A DNA stretch of 64,000 bases from assembly GCF_963921235.1 (NCBI RefSeq), contig NC_086118.1, forward strand, positions 23,562,001-23,626,000. The letters are read 5' to 3'. Below, piece by piece: positions 41,186 through 52,989 of this stretch (within the stretch, counting starts at the first letter, position 1; every line of letters begins with the position of its first letter). The position numbers and the translations under genes were made by a program. The notes below the pieces were generated by a model. That model saw only the letters and a list, made by a program, of their open reading frames with translations, was not told the origin of the DNA and searched no databases. The DNA comes from Mobula hypostoma (lineage: Eukaryota).

Positions 41186-42148
41186 TTCATTAAGAGTTTG
41201 ATGAGATTTAGTACTTCACCAAAGATACTGGCAAATTTCTGCAGGTGTGCCATGGTGAGCACTTGGACAAAAGCTACAACTGCCTGAGGCTTCATTGCAC
41301 AGGATTGAAAAAAGGGGCAGAGGTTTGTTGACTCAGCTAGCCTCCCTGTCATCAAGGATGACTTCATCAGGCGATGCTTCAAGGAGGTGGCATCCATCAA
41401 TCGGGACCCTCTGCCTCCCAGGAGATGCACACTTTTCATTGTTAGCATCAGGGAGGAGATACAGGAGCCTGAAGATGTTCACTGAATGTTTTAGGAACAG
41501 TTTTTTCCTCTCTGCCATCGGATTCCTGGAAGGTTCATGAACACATGTACACTACCTCACTATTTATTTATTTTTTACAAATTTATTTTTGTAACATAGA
41601 GTAATTTTTATATATTCCATTGTACTGCTATCAAAGCCAATAAACATCATGATATTAATATGTGATAATAAACCTGATTCTGATTCAGATTTTGATTTTC
41701 AGGGAACTGTGGATTTGAATCCTCAAGATCTCTCTGTTCATCAACATTCCTTAGCATCTTACTGTTTACTGCTTATGAGCTATATAATGCTGAAGGCAGA
41801 GTAAATCAGAAAATATTTAAGATGTCTGTTCTTGGATTAAACTGCTCAATTTAATTGTATAACAAAATACAAAGGGCTATTTCCTATTCCTAATATAGCC
41901 AAAAGAATAAAAGTGAAAATAATATTCTCAGGTTAACCAGTGCAATTAAAAACTGCTTGAGGTGAAATCATATCGTTATATGACATAAAACACATTAACC
42001 ACTGTGTCAGGGAGAAAGCTGCATTTTATGGAATGAAAAGAACTATGTAAGAAATGTGGTAAAAGAAGAAAAGAAGAAGTGTCAGAATTATGTGACATTT
42101 TGTGTGTGACCCACAATGGTATATGTAAAGAACTAAGATATCACTGTG

Positions 42149-42332
42149 ACACACATAAAACTTGCTGGTGAACACAGCAGGCCAGGCAGCATCTCTAGGA
42201 AGAGGTCTCAGCTCGAAACGTCGACTGTACCTCTTCCTAGAGATGCTGCCTGGCCTGCTGCGTTCACCAGCAACTTTTATGTGTGTTGCTTGAAATTCCA
42301 GCATCTGCAGAATTCATCGTGTTTGCGTTTTC
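42149..42332. mobile_element. Palindromic mini Penelope-like element with 13-bp TSD
   Basis: Arms ~42151-42205 and ~42230-42286 are near-perfect inverted repeats. TSD agatatcactgtg at 42136-42148 and 42333-42345. Confidence 0.88.
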
Positions 42333-42519
42333 AGATATCACTGTGCATCATTTCTAGTGATGTGTTGATCACTGTCTGCATTTACACAGCTTAAGAAGAA
42401 AATTGCATCTTCTTCACACAAACACATCATTTTTAGAGCTCTCGCTTTGCCACATACCTGTACTATTTCACATATTTCTGCACGAATACTGTACCTACAA
42501 AACTGCACCCTTTATGCTT

Positions 42520-42723
42520 CACCTATCACCTGGTGTTACTTGTTCCCCTCCCCCCACCTTTTAAATCTACTCCTCAGCTTTTTCCGCCAGTCCTGCTGAA
42601 AGGTCTGGGCCCAAAACATCGACTGTACTCTTTTTCTAGATGCTGCCTGGCCTGCTGAGTTCCTCCAGCATTTTGTGTGTGTTGCTCGGATTTCCAGCAT
42701 CAGCAGATTTTCTCTTGTTTGTG
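42520..42723 (+). mobile_element. Penelope pLTR fragment
   Basis: Matches 40985-41185; decayed hammerhead cagtcctgctgaaaggtctgggcccaaaacatcgactg. Confidence 0.75.
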
Positions 42724-43445
42724 GTGCACATGCTCCTGCTTTCATCAGTGGTACTGAGTTTGAGAGCCTTGAGAGCTGTAAGTTCCTGGGAGTGAGCATC
42801 ACCAATTGCCTGTCCTGATCCAACTACGTGGATTCCATGGCCATAAAAGCTCTCCATTGCCTCTGGTTCCTTAGGAGGCTAAAGGAATTTGGCATGTCCC
42901 CGTTGTCCATTACTAATTTTTTTATCAATGCATCATAGTAAGCATCCTATCTGAATGCAACTGCTCTGCAAGAGAGATGTGGACACAGCTCAGCGCAGCA
43001 CAAAAACCGGCTTCCCCTCCATGGACTCTGTCTGTACTTCTTGCTGTCTCTGCAAATCAGCCAGCATAATCAATGACTTCACCCACCCCGGACATTTTCT
43101 CTTCTTCTTCTTCCAATGGGCAAAAGATACAAATGCTTGAAAGCACATACTGCCGGACTCAAGGACAGCATCTACTCCACTGTTATAAGATTATTAAATA
43201 GTTCTCCAGTACAATAAAATGAACTCTTAGCCTCGTAAACTACTTTGTGATGATCTTGCACCTTATTGCTTACCTGAATGACACTTTCTCTGTAGCTGCT
43301 ACACTTCGTTCTGCATTCTGTTATTGCTTTGCCTTGTTCTACCTCAATGCACCGTGCAAAGAATTGATGTGTATGAACTGGATGCAAGACAAGCTTTTTA
43401 CTGTATCCCAGTACATGTGACAATAATAATAAATCAATTCCAATT
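42724..43445 (+). mobile_element. Rex1/Babar-like LINE 3' fragment
   Basis: KSASIINDFTHPGH remnant; tail gtgacaataataataaatcaattccaattc. Confidence 0.7.
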
Positions 43446-43504
43446 CTAGCGTCAGCTGCTTTTGAAAACAGAACACTGATGGAACTCAGTGGGGTCAAGC
43501 AGCA

Positions 43505-44685
43505 CAAGACATAGGAGCAGAATTAGGCCATTCAGCCCATTGAGCCTGCTCTGTCCTTTGATCATGGTAGATTTATTTTCCCTCTCAACCCCATCCTCCT
43601 TCCTTCTCCCCCTAACCTTTGATGCCCTTACTAATCAAGAACCTATTAACTTTTTCCTTTAAATACCCCCAATGACTTGCCCCCCACAGCCATCTGTGGC
43701 AATGAATTCCACAGATTTACCAACTCTGTGTCCTCTGGCTAAAGAAATTCTTCCCCATTTCTGTTCTGAAGGGACATCCTTTTATTCTGAGGCGTACTGT
43801 CTGGTCCCAGACTCACCCACTATTGAAAATATCCTCTCCATGTCCAAGCGATTCATTGACACCCCCCCACCCCCCATTCTTCTAAACTCCAGCAAGTACA
43901 GGCTTGGAACCATCAAATTCCCCTCATATGTTTACTCTTAGGTTCTGATCATTCTTATTAAGCTCCTCTGACCCCTTTCCAATACCACCACATCCTGCCT
44001 AAGACATGGAGCCTAACACTGCTCACAGCACTCCAAATATGTTCTAACCAACACCTTATGAAGTCCCAGCTTGCTTTTATATTCTGGTCTTCTGGAGATT
44101 AACTTTGAACATTGCATTTGCCTTTCTTACCGCTGACTCAACCTTCAGGATAACTTTAGGGAATCCTGCACTAAGGCTCCCTAGTCCCTTGCACCTCCAA
44201 TTTCTGAATTCACTCCCTGTTTAGAAAACAGTCCATTTCGTTATTCCTTCTACCAATGTGCACAATCATACACTTCCCTATACTGTATTCCATACGAAAC
44301 TTCTTTGCCCATTTTTCCAATCTGTCCAAGTTCTTTTGCTGACTCGACAGTACCTTCCCTTCCACCTGTCTTTGTATTGTCTGCAATCTTGGCCACAAAG
44401 GTATCAATTTTGTCATCCAGATTATTAACATATTACTTGAAAAATGGCGGCCCCAACAGCGAACGCTGTGGAACATCACTAGTCACTGGCAGTCAACCAG
44501 AAAAGCCACTTTTATTTCAACACTTTGTCTCCTACCAGTCAGCCAATCCATGCTTGTATCTTTCCTAGAATACCACGGACTCTACGATATCCTGTTAAAC
44601 AGCCTCATGTACGGCAACTTGTCGAAGGCCTTCTGAAAATCCAAGTTAACAACATCTACTGAGTCTCCTTTATCTGTCCTGCTTG
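43505..44685 (-). mobile_element. CR1-type LINE fragment
   Basis: ORF 44210-44479 (NLDRLEKWAKKFRMEYSIGKCMIVHIGRRN), a FQKAFDK remnant near 44640, and a CR1 3' end at 43505. Confidence 0.85.
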
Positions 44686-44764
44686 TGTGGAGGTAAATAT
44701 ATAAATTGACTTTTCAAGCTGAGGCCCTTTTCAAGGGCTGAGAGAGAAGAGGAAAGACTATAGA

Positions 44765-45392
44765 TAGATTATGAAGATACGCAGTCCTCTTTTATCGTCA
44801 TTTAGTAATTTATGCATTAAGAAATGATACAATATTTCCTCCAGTGTGATATCACAAAACACAGGACAGACCAAGACTGAAAAAAACTAACAAAACCACA
44901 TAATTATAACATATAGTTACAACAGTGCAACAATACCATAACTTGATGAAGAAGTCCATGAGCACAGTAAAAGTTCAAAGTCTCTCAAATGTCCCACATC
45001 TCACGCAGACGGGAGAAGGAAGAAAAACTCTCCCTGCCATACCCGACCACGGTCCGACTCTGAGTCATCCGAAAACTTCGAGCTCTGATCAGCTCTCCAA
45101 CACTGAGTACTGAGCGCCATCTCTATCCGAATGATTCAACCTCCACCTTGGTCACCAACAGCAGGCAAAGCCGGGGATTTTGAGGCCTTCCTTCCGAAAG
45201 ATTCCCGACCGCGCAGTAACGACAGCAGCAAACAAGCCTTTCAGAAATTTTTCCAGATGTTCCTCTGTGCTTTCACGTCTGTCTCCATCAAATAAGAATT
45301 GTCCATGGCCCCTATTTAACGGATACAATATCATTTTTCATCAGAAGGCTGCGCGCGCATGGTGTGTTGCTCTCTCTCCTCCCGCCGGTTGG
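44765..45392 (-). mobile_element. Unclassified ~620-bp non-coding interspersed repeat (copy 2), inserted in a Penelope remnant
   Basis: Reverse-complement homolog of 17165-17788. tataga occurs on both flanks (44759-44764 and 45397-45402). Confidence 0.7.
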
Positions 45393-45954
45393 CAGTGTAT
45401 AGAAGTATGAGGGTAGTGGATAGAGCTGGTAGATAGTAGGTGGATCCAGATAGGGAAGGCATGATGCATAGATGGAACCAATTGAGAGGAGAGGATGGGA
45501 GTTGCAAACAAAGGGAGTAGAAAACTAAGTGGATGGTTGAATGTACTTGGGAGGAAGACACCTGTGTGTGGTGTACCTGAAAATGGAAAATTCAGTGTTC
45601 AGAATGTAAGCTATCAGCTGCATACTTGTGCTGGTAGGATAAATCACAATCATTTTATTTTGCTTGACTACAAGTGAGGGGTCACAAGTTTAGAATCATA
45701 GAATCAGCAGGAACAAGCTGTTAGCCCATTGTGCCACCGAGCAGCCTTTAGACCGATCGTACAGTAATCACCATTTTGTTCCCTCCACATTTCCTTCACC
45801 AATTCCCCACCCCAAGGTTACATCACACACTGACACAACAGGGGCATTTACAGTGGCCAGTTAACCAACAACCCAAATAAATGTTTTTGCAATGTGAGAG
45901 GAAAGGAGATCCTCACAGACAGCACTCAAGGTCAGGAATGAACCTATTTCACAA

Positions 45955-46565
45955 AGTCCACCACCTGCCCCTACACCCCCTCCCTCGCTACCATCCAGAT
46001 ACCTATACAGTCCTTCCAGGTGAGGCGACACTTCACCTGTGAGTCTGTTGGGGTCACCTACTGTGTCTGGTGCCCCCGGTGTGGCCTCCTGCATATCGGT
46101 GAGACCCAACGTAGATTGGGAGGTCACACTTAGGTTGGAGTAACAACACCTTATATTCCGTTTGATAGCCTCCAACCTGATGGCTTGAACATCGATTTCT
46201 CAAACATCCGTCAATGAGCCCTCCCCCTCACCATTTCATATCCTCTTTATCCTCTTTTCCCTCTCTCACCTTATCTCCTTGCCCACCCATCACCTCCCTC
46301 TGGTGCTCCCCCCTTTTTCTATTTTCCATGGCCTTCTGTCTCTTTCTCCAATCAACCCCAGTTCTTTACTTCATCCCTCCCCCTCCAGGTTTCACCTATC
46401 ACCCGGCATTTTCCTCTCCCCTCCCCCAGCCTTTTCAATCTACTCTTCAGCTTTTTTTTTCTCCAGTCCTGCCAAAAAGGCTTGCCCCGAAACGTCGACT
46501 GTACTTTTTTCCATAGCAGCCTGGCCTGCTGAGTCCCTCCAGCATTTTCTGTGTGTTGATTGGAA
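45955..46565 (+). mobile_element. Penelope-like 3' fragment
   Basis: GIY-YIG remnant gtgaggcgacacttcacctgtgagtct, plus a pLTR with a decayed hammerhead at 46463-46501. Confidence 0.8.
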
Positions 46566-46715
46566 TTGAGTGCAACACTGATATCGCACTTATTTGAAAT
46601 GAAGCCATACATGAATGTATGGAAAGAATTTTAGGAACAGAGATGGTCAGGATACAACACCACCTCAGCAGAGTCCTAGAAACACACGATGAAAGTCACT
46701 TTATGAAGTGACATT

Positions 46716-48832
46716 AAGTTCAAAGTAAATTTATTACCAAAGTACATAAATGTCACCATATACAACCCCGAGATTCATTTTCTTGTGGGCATTCACAGCA
46801 AATACAATTAACATAATAGAATCAATGAAAGACCACACCCAGCAAGATGGACAGACAACTAATGTGCGAAAGATGACAAACTATGCAAATACTAAAAGAA
46901 TGAAAAAAGTAAGAATATCAAATAAGCAAATATGTATATCAAGAACATGAGATGAAGTGCGCTTGAAAGTGAATACTTAGGCTGTGGGAACAGTTCAATG
47001 ACAGGGCAAGTGAAGTTATCCCCTGTTGTTCAAGAGCCTGATGGTTGAGGGATAGTAACTGTGCCTGAACCTGGTGGTGTTGTCCTGAGGATTCTGTATC
47101 TCCTTCCTGATGGCAGCAGTGAGAAGAGAGCATGGCCAGGATGTTAGGTGTCCTTCAAGGTAAATTTTATTGTCGAAGTACATATATTTCAACATATACA
47201 ATACTGAGTTCCATCTTCCTGTGGGAATCCTCAGCAAGTCTATAGAACAGTAACTATAACAGGATCAATGAAAGGCCTTTCACGAATCGCCGGTAATATC
47301 CACAAAACCCCAAAAACGAGCGTAAGGCGTTCACCTTCTGCGGTCTTAGCCAGGTGGTTACTGCGGCTATCTTAGCCAGATCAGTGGCCATTCCATTTCA
47401 CGAGCCGTGAGTCGACAGGATTCGGGTGGTTGTCAGGATTCGATTTGAGCTCAACGGTTGCGCGTGAAGAACTTGGACTTTGATAAGTCTTGGCGCCTTT
47501 TTTTCATTACTTCCTTTTCTGTATCGAATTTGTATTAATGTCATAGAATTAGTAATATCTATAAAGTGTACTTGGTATAACGTACTGGGTGTGCTGGCTG
47601 ATGATTGATGTTTGTGATTGATTCAGGCGGCAACCGACGCCATGGGAAGTGTTCAGGCAGGTGCTGGGTGGGATTTCCCCTAGACATATACGAGCCAATA
47701 TAACTGAGCGTTACATACAAAAGACAACACATTGTGCAAATGCAAATATAGATAAATAGCAATAAATAATGAGAACATGAGGTAATGTGATAAAGAGTCC
47801 TTAAAGTGAAATCATTGCTTTTAGGACAATTCAATGATGGGGAAAGTGAGTCTAGTTATCCTATTTTAGACAAGAACCTCATGGTTGAGGGGTAGTAACT
47901 GTTCTTGAAGCCATTAGTACGAGTCCTGAGGCTCTTGTACCTTCTGCCTGATAGCAGCAGTGAGATAAGAGCATGACCTGGGTAGTGGTGGTCTCTGATG
48001 TTGTATGCTGCTTTCCTGTGACAGTGCTCCAAGTAGATGTACTCAATGGTGGTGAGGGCTTTACCTTGATGAATTGGGTCGTGTTCTCTCGGGCACTGGT
48101 GTTTCCATAACAGGCCATGAGGCAACCAGTCAATATATACTCAACTGCACATCTATAGAAGTCTGTCAAATTTTATATGACATGCTGAACCTTTGTAAAC
48201 TTCTAAGAAAAGTGAAGCATTGTCGTGCTTCCTTTGTAATATTCCTTGCATGCTGTGTACAAGACATGCCCTCTGAAATGAAAACACCAAGGAATTTAAA
48301 GCTGCTGATGCTCTCCACCTCTGTTCCTCTGATGAGGACTGGTTCATGGACCTCTGGTTTCCTCCTCCTGAGGTCAATAATCTCCTCGTCCGACTGACAT
48401 TGAGTGAAACGTTATTGTTGTGGCACCACTCAGCCACATTTCCGATCTTCGACCTACATGCTGATTTGGCAGCACTTTTGCTTTGGCTAACAACAGTGCA
48501 GTCATCAGCAAACTTAAATATGGCATTGGAATTAAGGTTCACCTCACAGTCATAAGTATAAAGTGAGTAGAGCAGGGGCCTTGTGGTGTACCTGTGCTTA
48601 AGAAGATTGTGGAGGAGATGTTGTTGCCAATCCGAACTGATTGAGGTCTGCAAGTGAGGAAATTAAAGATCCAGTTGCACAAGGAGGTATTGTGGCTTAG
48701 GTCTTGAAGCTTATTGATCAGCTTTGAGGGGATGATAGTATTGACTGCCAAGCTGTAGTCAATGAAGAGCATCCTGATGTATGCATTTTTGCAGTCCAGA
48801 TGTTCCAGGATTGAGAGAAGAACCAATGAAAT
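46716..48832 (-). mobile_element. Rex1/Babar-like LINE (nested 3' ends plus RT fragment)
   Basis: ORF 48539-48877 ([35 protein letters not shown]) and ORF 48153-48653 (LYTYDC..KFADD). Confidence 0.85.
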
Positions 48833-49340
48833 TGCTTTATTCCCGCAGGAATTGGCAGATTTGGTGCCAAAAGACAAAAGTCAAACAAGGCGTTTGATGA
48901 GTATATAGATTATTTTAAAAATCCGTCGTGGCAATCCAGTCTAGACCGCTTACTGAACAGTATCATATGCAAAATATTCAGGTGTGAATTTTATAGATAA
49001 GCATGAATTTAAAGCAAGTGCCTCTGCATCCAAAAGATAAATTTACACATTCAACGTGAAATTTTGAACATGTAAGATTTAACATTTGAATATATCAGTA
49101 AATGAACCTTATTGAAAGGGATGCTTTCAATAAAAAATAATTTTACTAATACGGTGTATGGTTACAACGCTGCAGCAGAAGTGGGAATTTAGACATTAAG
49201 CATGAGCCAGTCTGAGAGAATTTGATGTAAAAAGTGAGTTAGAGGGATAATGCAGCCAGTTGTATATGGAGATCACCCAGTCGAAATATGTTAGATTAGG
49301 CAGCAAAATGTTTTAACTATGGAAAGAAATGGGTGTGGCC

Positions 49341-50870
49341 CAGTGATTCTCAATGGGGGCAGTTATGTGTCCGAAGGGGGCATTAGGTGAAATAGAAGCA
49401 CTCAGGGGGTGTTCAAGATTCTGGGGATGCAATAATAAACACCACCCTAATTTGAGGCACAAGATCTGACCGACCGTGTCAACTCACTGCTGTCCTCAAC
49501 ATCAAAGAGGCATTCCCAGTTAGTGTTAATTTGTAATTTTAATTTAGTCCGGTTAATGATGGATAAATACATATGGTGCACTCGCTATGAGTCTGAAGGC
49601 GATGAAGCCTTGAATTCTAATCCTACTAAGAAACAGAAACTACAGGCAGTGTGTCAATACAGTGTTACATTTCTGGAGTACGGTTGTATGCCGTTCCCTT
49701 CAGATCAGCAATCATGTGTTTTATTTGCAGTATTGTGCTGTCTAATGAACCCATGAAACCATCAAGATTGCAGGAACACTTCCGTAAAAGACACCCTGAA
49801 AAGGCTGCTTATGATATTACTCAGTTCCAGAAGATGAAAGAAGCATTTGAAAAGCATTGCACACTCGAGCCACTTGCCAAGAAAGCTAAAAGTGACCTTG
49901 ATAGCCCTTCATTGCTTCTTATAACATTTCCAAAATGTTAGCAAAGTATGGAATATCTCACTCAATTGGTGAAAGATTAATAATACCTGCTGTATCCGAT
50001 TAGGAACATGTTTTTTTGTGCAACAGATAGAGCATCATATGTGACAGGTCACCATGCTGGTTTAGTGGTATTTATGATAAAAGAAATTCCAAGTCTGTTG
50101 CAATCCATAGTGTAATTCATCATCAACATTTCACAGCCAAAAGCCTCAGCCAATGCCTTTTTCCAAGCATGACACTTGCAATATCTGCTATCAACACAAT
50201 TAAAGCTCATTCATTAAACAGCAGAATATTTCGTTAGTTATGCCAAGATAATGATGAAGAGTTTGAACACTTGCTTCTTCACACTGAAGTGTGTAGGGTG
50301 AAAAAAGGCTGCTGGTTAAAATGTTTCTTTGATCCTTTTGACACTGTGGATGATTTTTTTTTCTCATAGTTGACAAGATTGAGCTTTTATGTGGAGATAT
50401 GGCATACCTAGCCAAACTGTATGACAAACTGACCATTCTAAATATGAAACTGCAGGGTGAGAATTTCAATTTAATCCAGGCAAAAAGTGCATTGCCCACT
50501 TTTATGGGAAAATTGGAAATATATAAGCAAATCATTGGGAGAAGAATGTTCTCACAGTTTCTCTACATGGAAAGTATGATACTCTCTTTCACAGATGGTG
50601 ATTTGCAAGAGTACTACTTACACCTGCAGTTACTGAAGAAGGACTTTCAGAATAATCTGGAAATAACCAGACTGAGTAATTAACCCATTTCTTTGCAAGT
50701 TGGAAGAACTGGAACAGAGCTTGCAAGAAATTATTGAAACTCAGAATGAGGAAGAAGCAAAAATGCTTTTAAAAAATGTCAGCTGTTGTAGGATGTGGTT
50801 ATACTGTCCCCAAAAAATTTCTTGTCTTTGCAGAAGGGACAAATACTCTTCATTGCATTTCCATATCCCA
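49341..50870 (+). mobile_element. hAT (Buster/Charlie group) transposase relic
   Basis: 5' TIR cagtgattctcaa, BED finger CFICSIVLSNEPMKPSRLQEHFRKRHP, LLLHTEV motif and MAYLAKLYDKLTILNMKLQG. Multiple frameshifts. Confidence 0.85.
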
Positions 50871-51429
50871 GATAATGTACCAGAATAAATACTGGTAGCA
50901 GAAAGCCACAAAAAGGAAGCTTGTATCAGAATGAAACTGATGAATCACGGAAGTCCAGAGTTTAAAGTAGGTGTGTACTTTTTTTTGCAATAATGTACAT
51001 AAAATGTGATCCTTTTATAATTAAAGAGAAATTTTATGAACAGTGCACAGATATGAACATCAACATTGTTGCTGACTGCTGGATTACAAACAGAGAAAAG
51101 TTTACTTTCCTGTAAATATCTGCAAGAAAATGAATCTTAAGGTAGTATATAGTAACATATAAATACTTTGATAATAAATTTACTTTGAACTTTGAAATGG
51201 AGAAGTGCACAGAAAGCAAAAATATTCTCAACCTAAACTCCCCTGGTCAGATGTGTGGGTGCTTTCCTCTATTTGACCAAATGTGAATTTACTACTTATT
51301 GCACAGACCAACTCTCTAAGCAAAAAGTTAGGTCAAAGAATTAAATGTGGTTGGAAAACAATGTAATTAATGTGAGTACTTTGAAACTACATTTAGATAA
51401 ATGATCGGTGGGTTGCAAAGCCTGTTCAA

Positions 51430-51665
51430 AGATAGTGTAGAGGTTAGCACAGCGCTTTACAGTATAGGTGCCCGCAAAGATTGTGTATGTTCTCCCCGTG
51501 ATTGTGTCTGTTTCCTCCCGCAGTCCAAAGATGTACCAGTTGGTAGGTTACCTGGTTATAGTAAATTGTCCCATGATTAGGCCAGGAATCAATCAGGGGA
51601 TTGATGGGTGTCGCAGCTGAAGGGACAGAAGGGTCTATTCTACACTGTTTGTCAATAAAATAAAT
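51430..51665 (+). mobile_element. V-SINE/HE1-like SINE (copy 2)
   Basis: Colinear with 11548-11808; ends gaagggtctattctacactgtttgtcaataaaataaat. Confidence 0.75.
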
Positions 51666-51969
51666 ATAAGATTCATATTCAAGAATCATAATAAAATATT
51701 AAACCAAATATCAAACCAAATTATTACAGGGGTATACTGGTACTATATATAATGTTGTTTGAAACAGAGATAAACTCAGACGGTATGTTGGTCACAACAG
51801 AGTTGATGGGAGACACCAGTTGATGCTAAAAGCAGAGAAGACCAACTTTGTAGAAATTGTAAGGTAAACTTCAACCCAAACAGCGAGCATTGTTGTATAT
51901 GTTGATGGATATATGTGCTAAATTGTCAGAGTTTAAAGATTTTAATGAGTGGAACTGGTTATTTGCCTA

Positions 51970-52968
51970 TGAAACACCCTGATTTTCTTGGCTGTGTAAG
52001 TCTAGGGAAGACAACCTCCGACCCCGCCAAACGCGTGGGATTGAGGAGCAAGCACCCCCCCCCACCCCCACAACCCCCTGTTTGTGAGGATGCTGTGTCA
52101 TTCGATACCCTATTACAAATTAATGCCATGAAATAACAGACAGCACACTGCATACGATTAAAGGAATTATATTTATGAATCGTAACTAAAGGGTTAGTAA
52201 AGAATAACAAAAAGAAAAAGGCCCACTCTAATTAAAGAGTTAAATGTGCACAATTTGAAGCTCATCTTGAACTTCTCTGTCACTCACACGCTGGGCCCTC
52301 GGTCAACGTGAAAGCACACACCACCCTTCCGAAAATTGCTGACAATCCATCTCGAACAAACGGATATCCCACTGGATCGTATGCTACGACTAGTTCTCCC
52401 CAGCGTCTTCTCTCTTCATCTCCTCTTGAACAAAAGCCCCAAGCCCAACCTTAGTGTCCCTCACCAGAGAAACTTCACTTTAATTCGACTATCCTAATTG
52501 GTTGGCGCACATTTCTCCTCATCTCTTATCTGCGACAATAACCCAAACAAACATGAAAACAGAACAGACTGCTCTTACAGAACTGCTGAAATGAAATACA
52601 TACAGCATAACAGTAAAAATATGAACCAGGGCACTTTTATGTAGGCATCTGTTAGTCTCATGAGACCATGGATGTGCACCCTGGAAGGTTTCCAGGGCAC
52701 AAGCCTGGGCAAGGTTGTATGGAAGACCAGCAGTTGCCCATGCTGTAAGTCTCCCCTCTCCACACCACCGATGTTGTCCAAGGGAAGGGCATTAGGACCC
52801 ATACAGCTTGGCACCGGTGTCATCACAGAGCAATGTGTGGTTAAGTGCCTTGCTCAAGGGCACACATGCTACCTCAGCCAAGGCTCGAACTAGCGACCTT
52901 TGAATCACCAGACGAATGCCTTAACCACTTGGCCATGCGCCAACACATATATATACCAGGGCACTACA
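51970..52968. mobile_element. Probable solo LTR (interrupted near one end by a SINE)
   Basis: Starts tgaaacaccctg and ends ccagggcactaca (imperfect TG..CA terminal inverted repeats). Non-coding. Confidence 0.45.
52642..52946 (-). mobile_element. tRNA-head SINE (copy 2)
   Basis: Colinear with 36053-36357. The direct repeat accagggcact at 52625-52635 and 52955-52965 is a probable TSD. Confidence 0.8.
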
Positions 52969-52989
52969 CACATATATAAACATATGTGA

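Larger units (their letters stand above)
38650..41690 (+). mobile_element. Rex1/Babar-like LINE fragment split by a Penelope-like insertion
   Basis: KTKELIVDFRK motif at ~38700. Resumes at 41186 (ILANFCRC, SLLASGRRYRSLK) and ends aataaacctgattctgattc. Confidence 0.75.

Noticed and set aside
49651..50888. Domesticated hAT gene (ZBED8/SCAND3-like)
   Set aside because: Multiple stops, frameshifts and deletions, a retained TIR and loss in the duplicate copy indicate a dead transposon.
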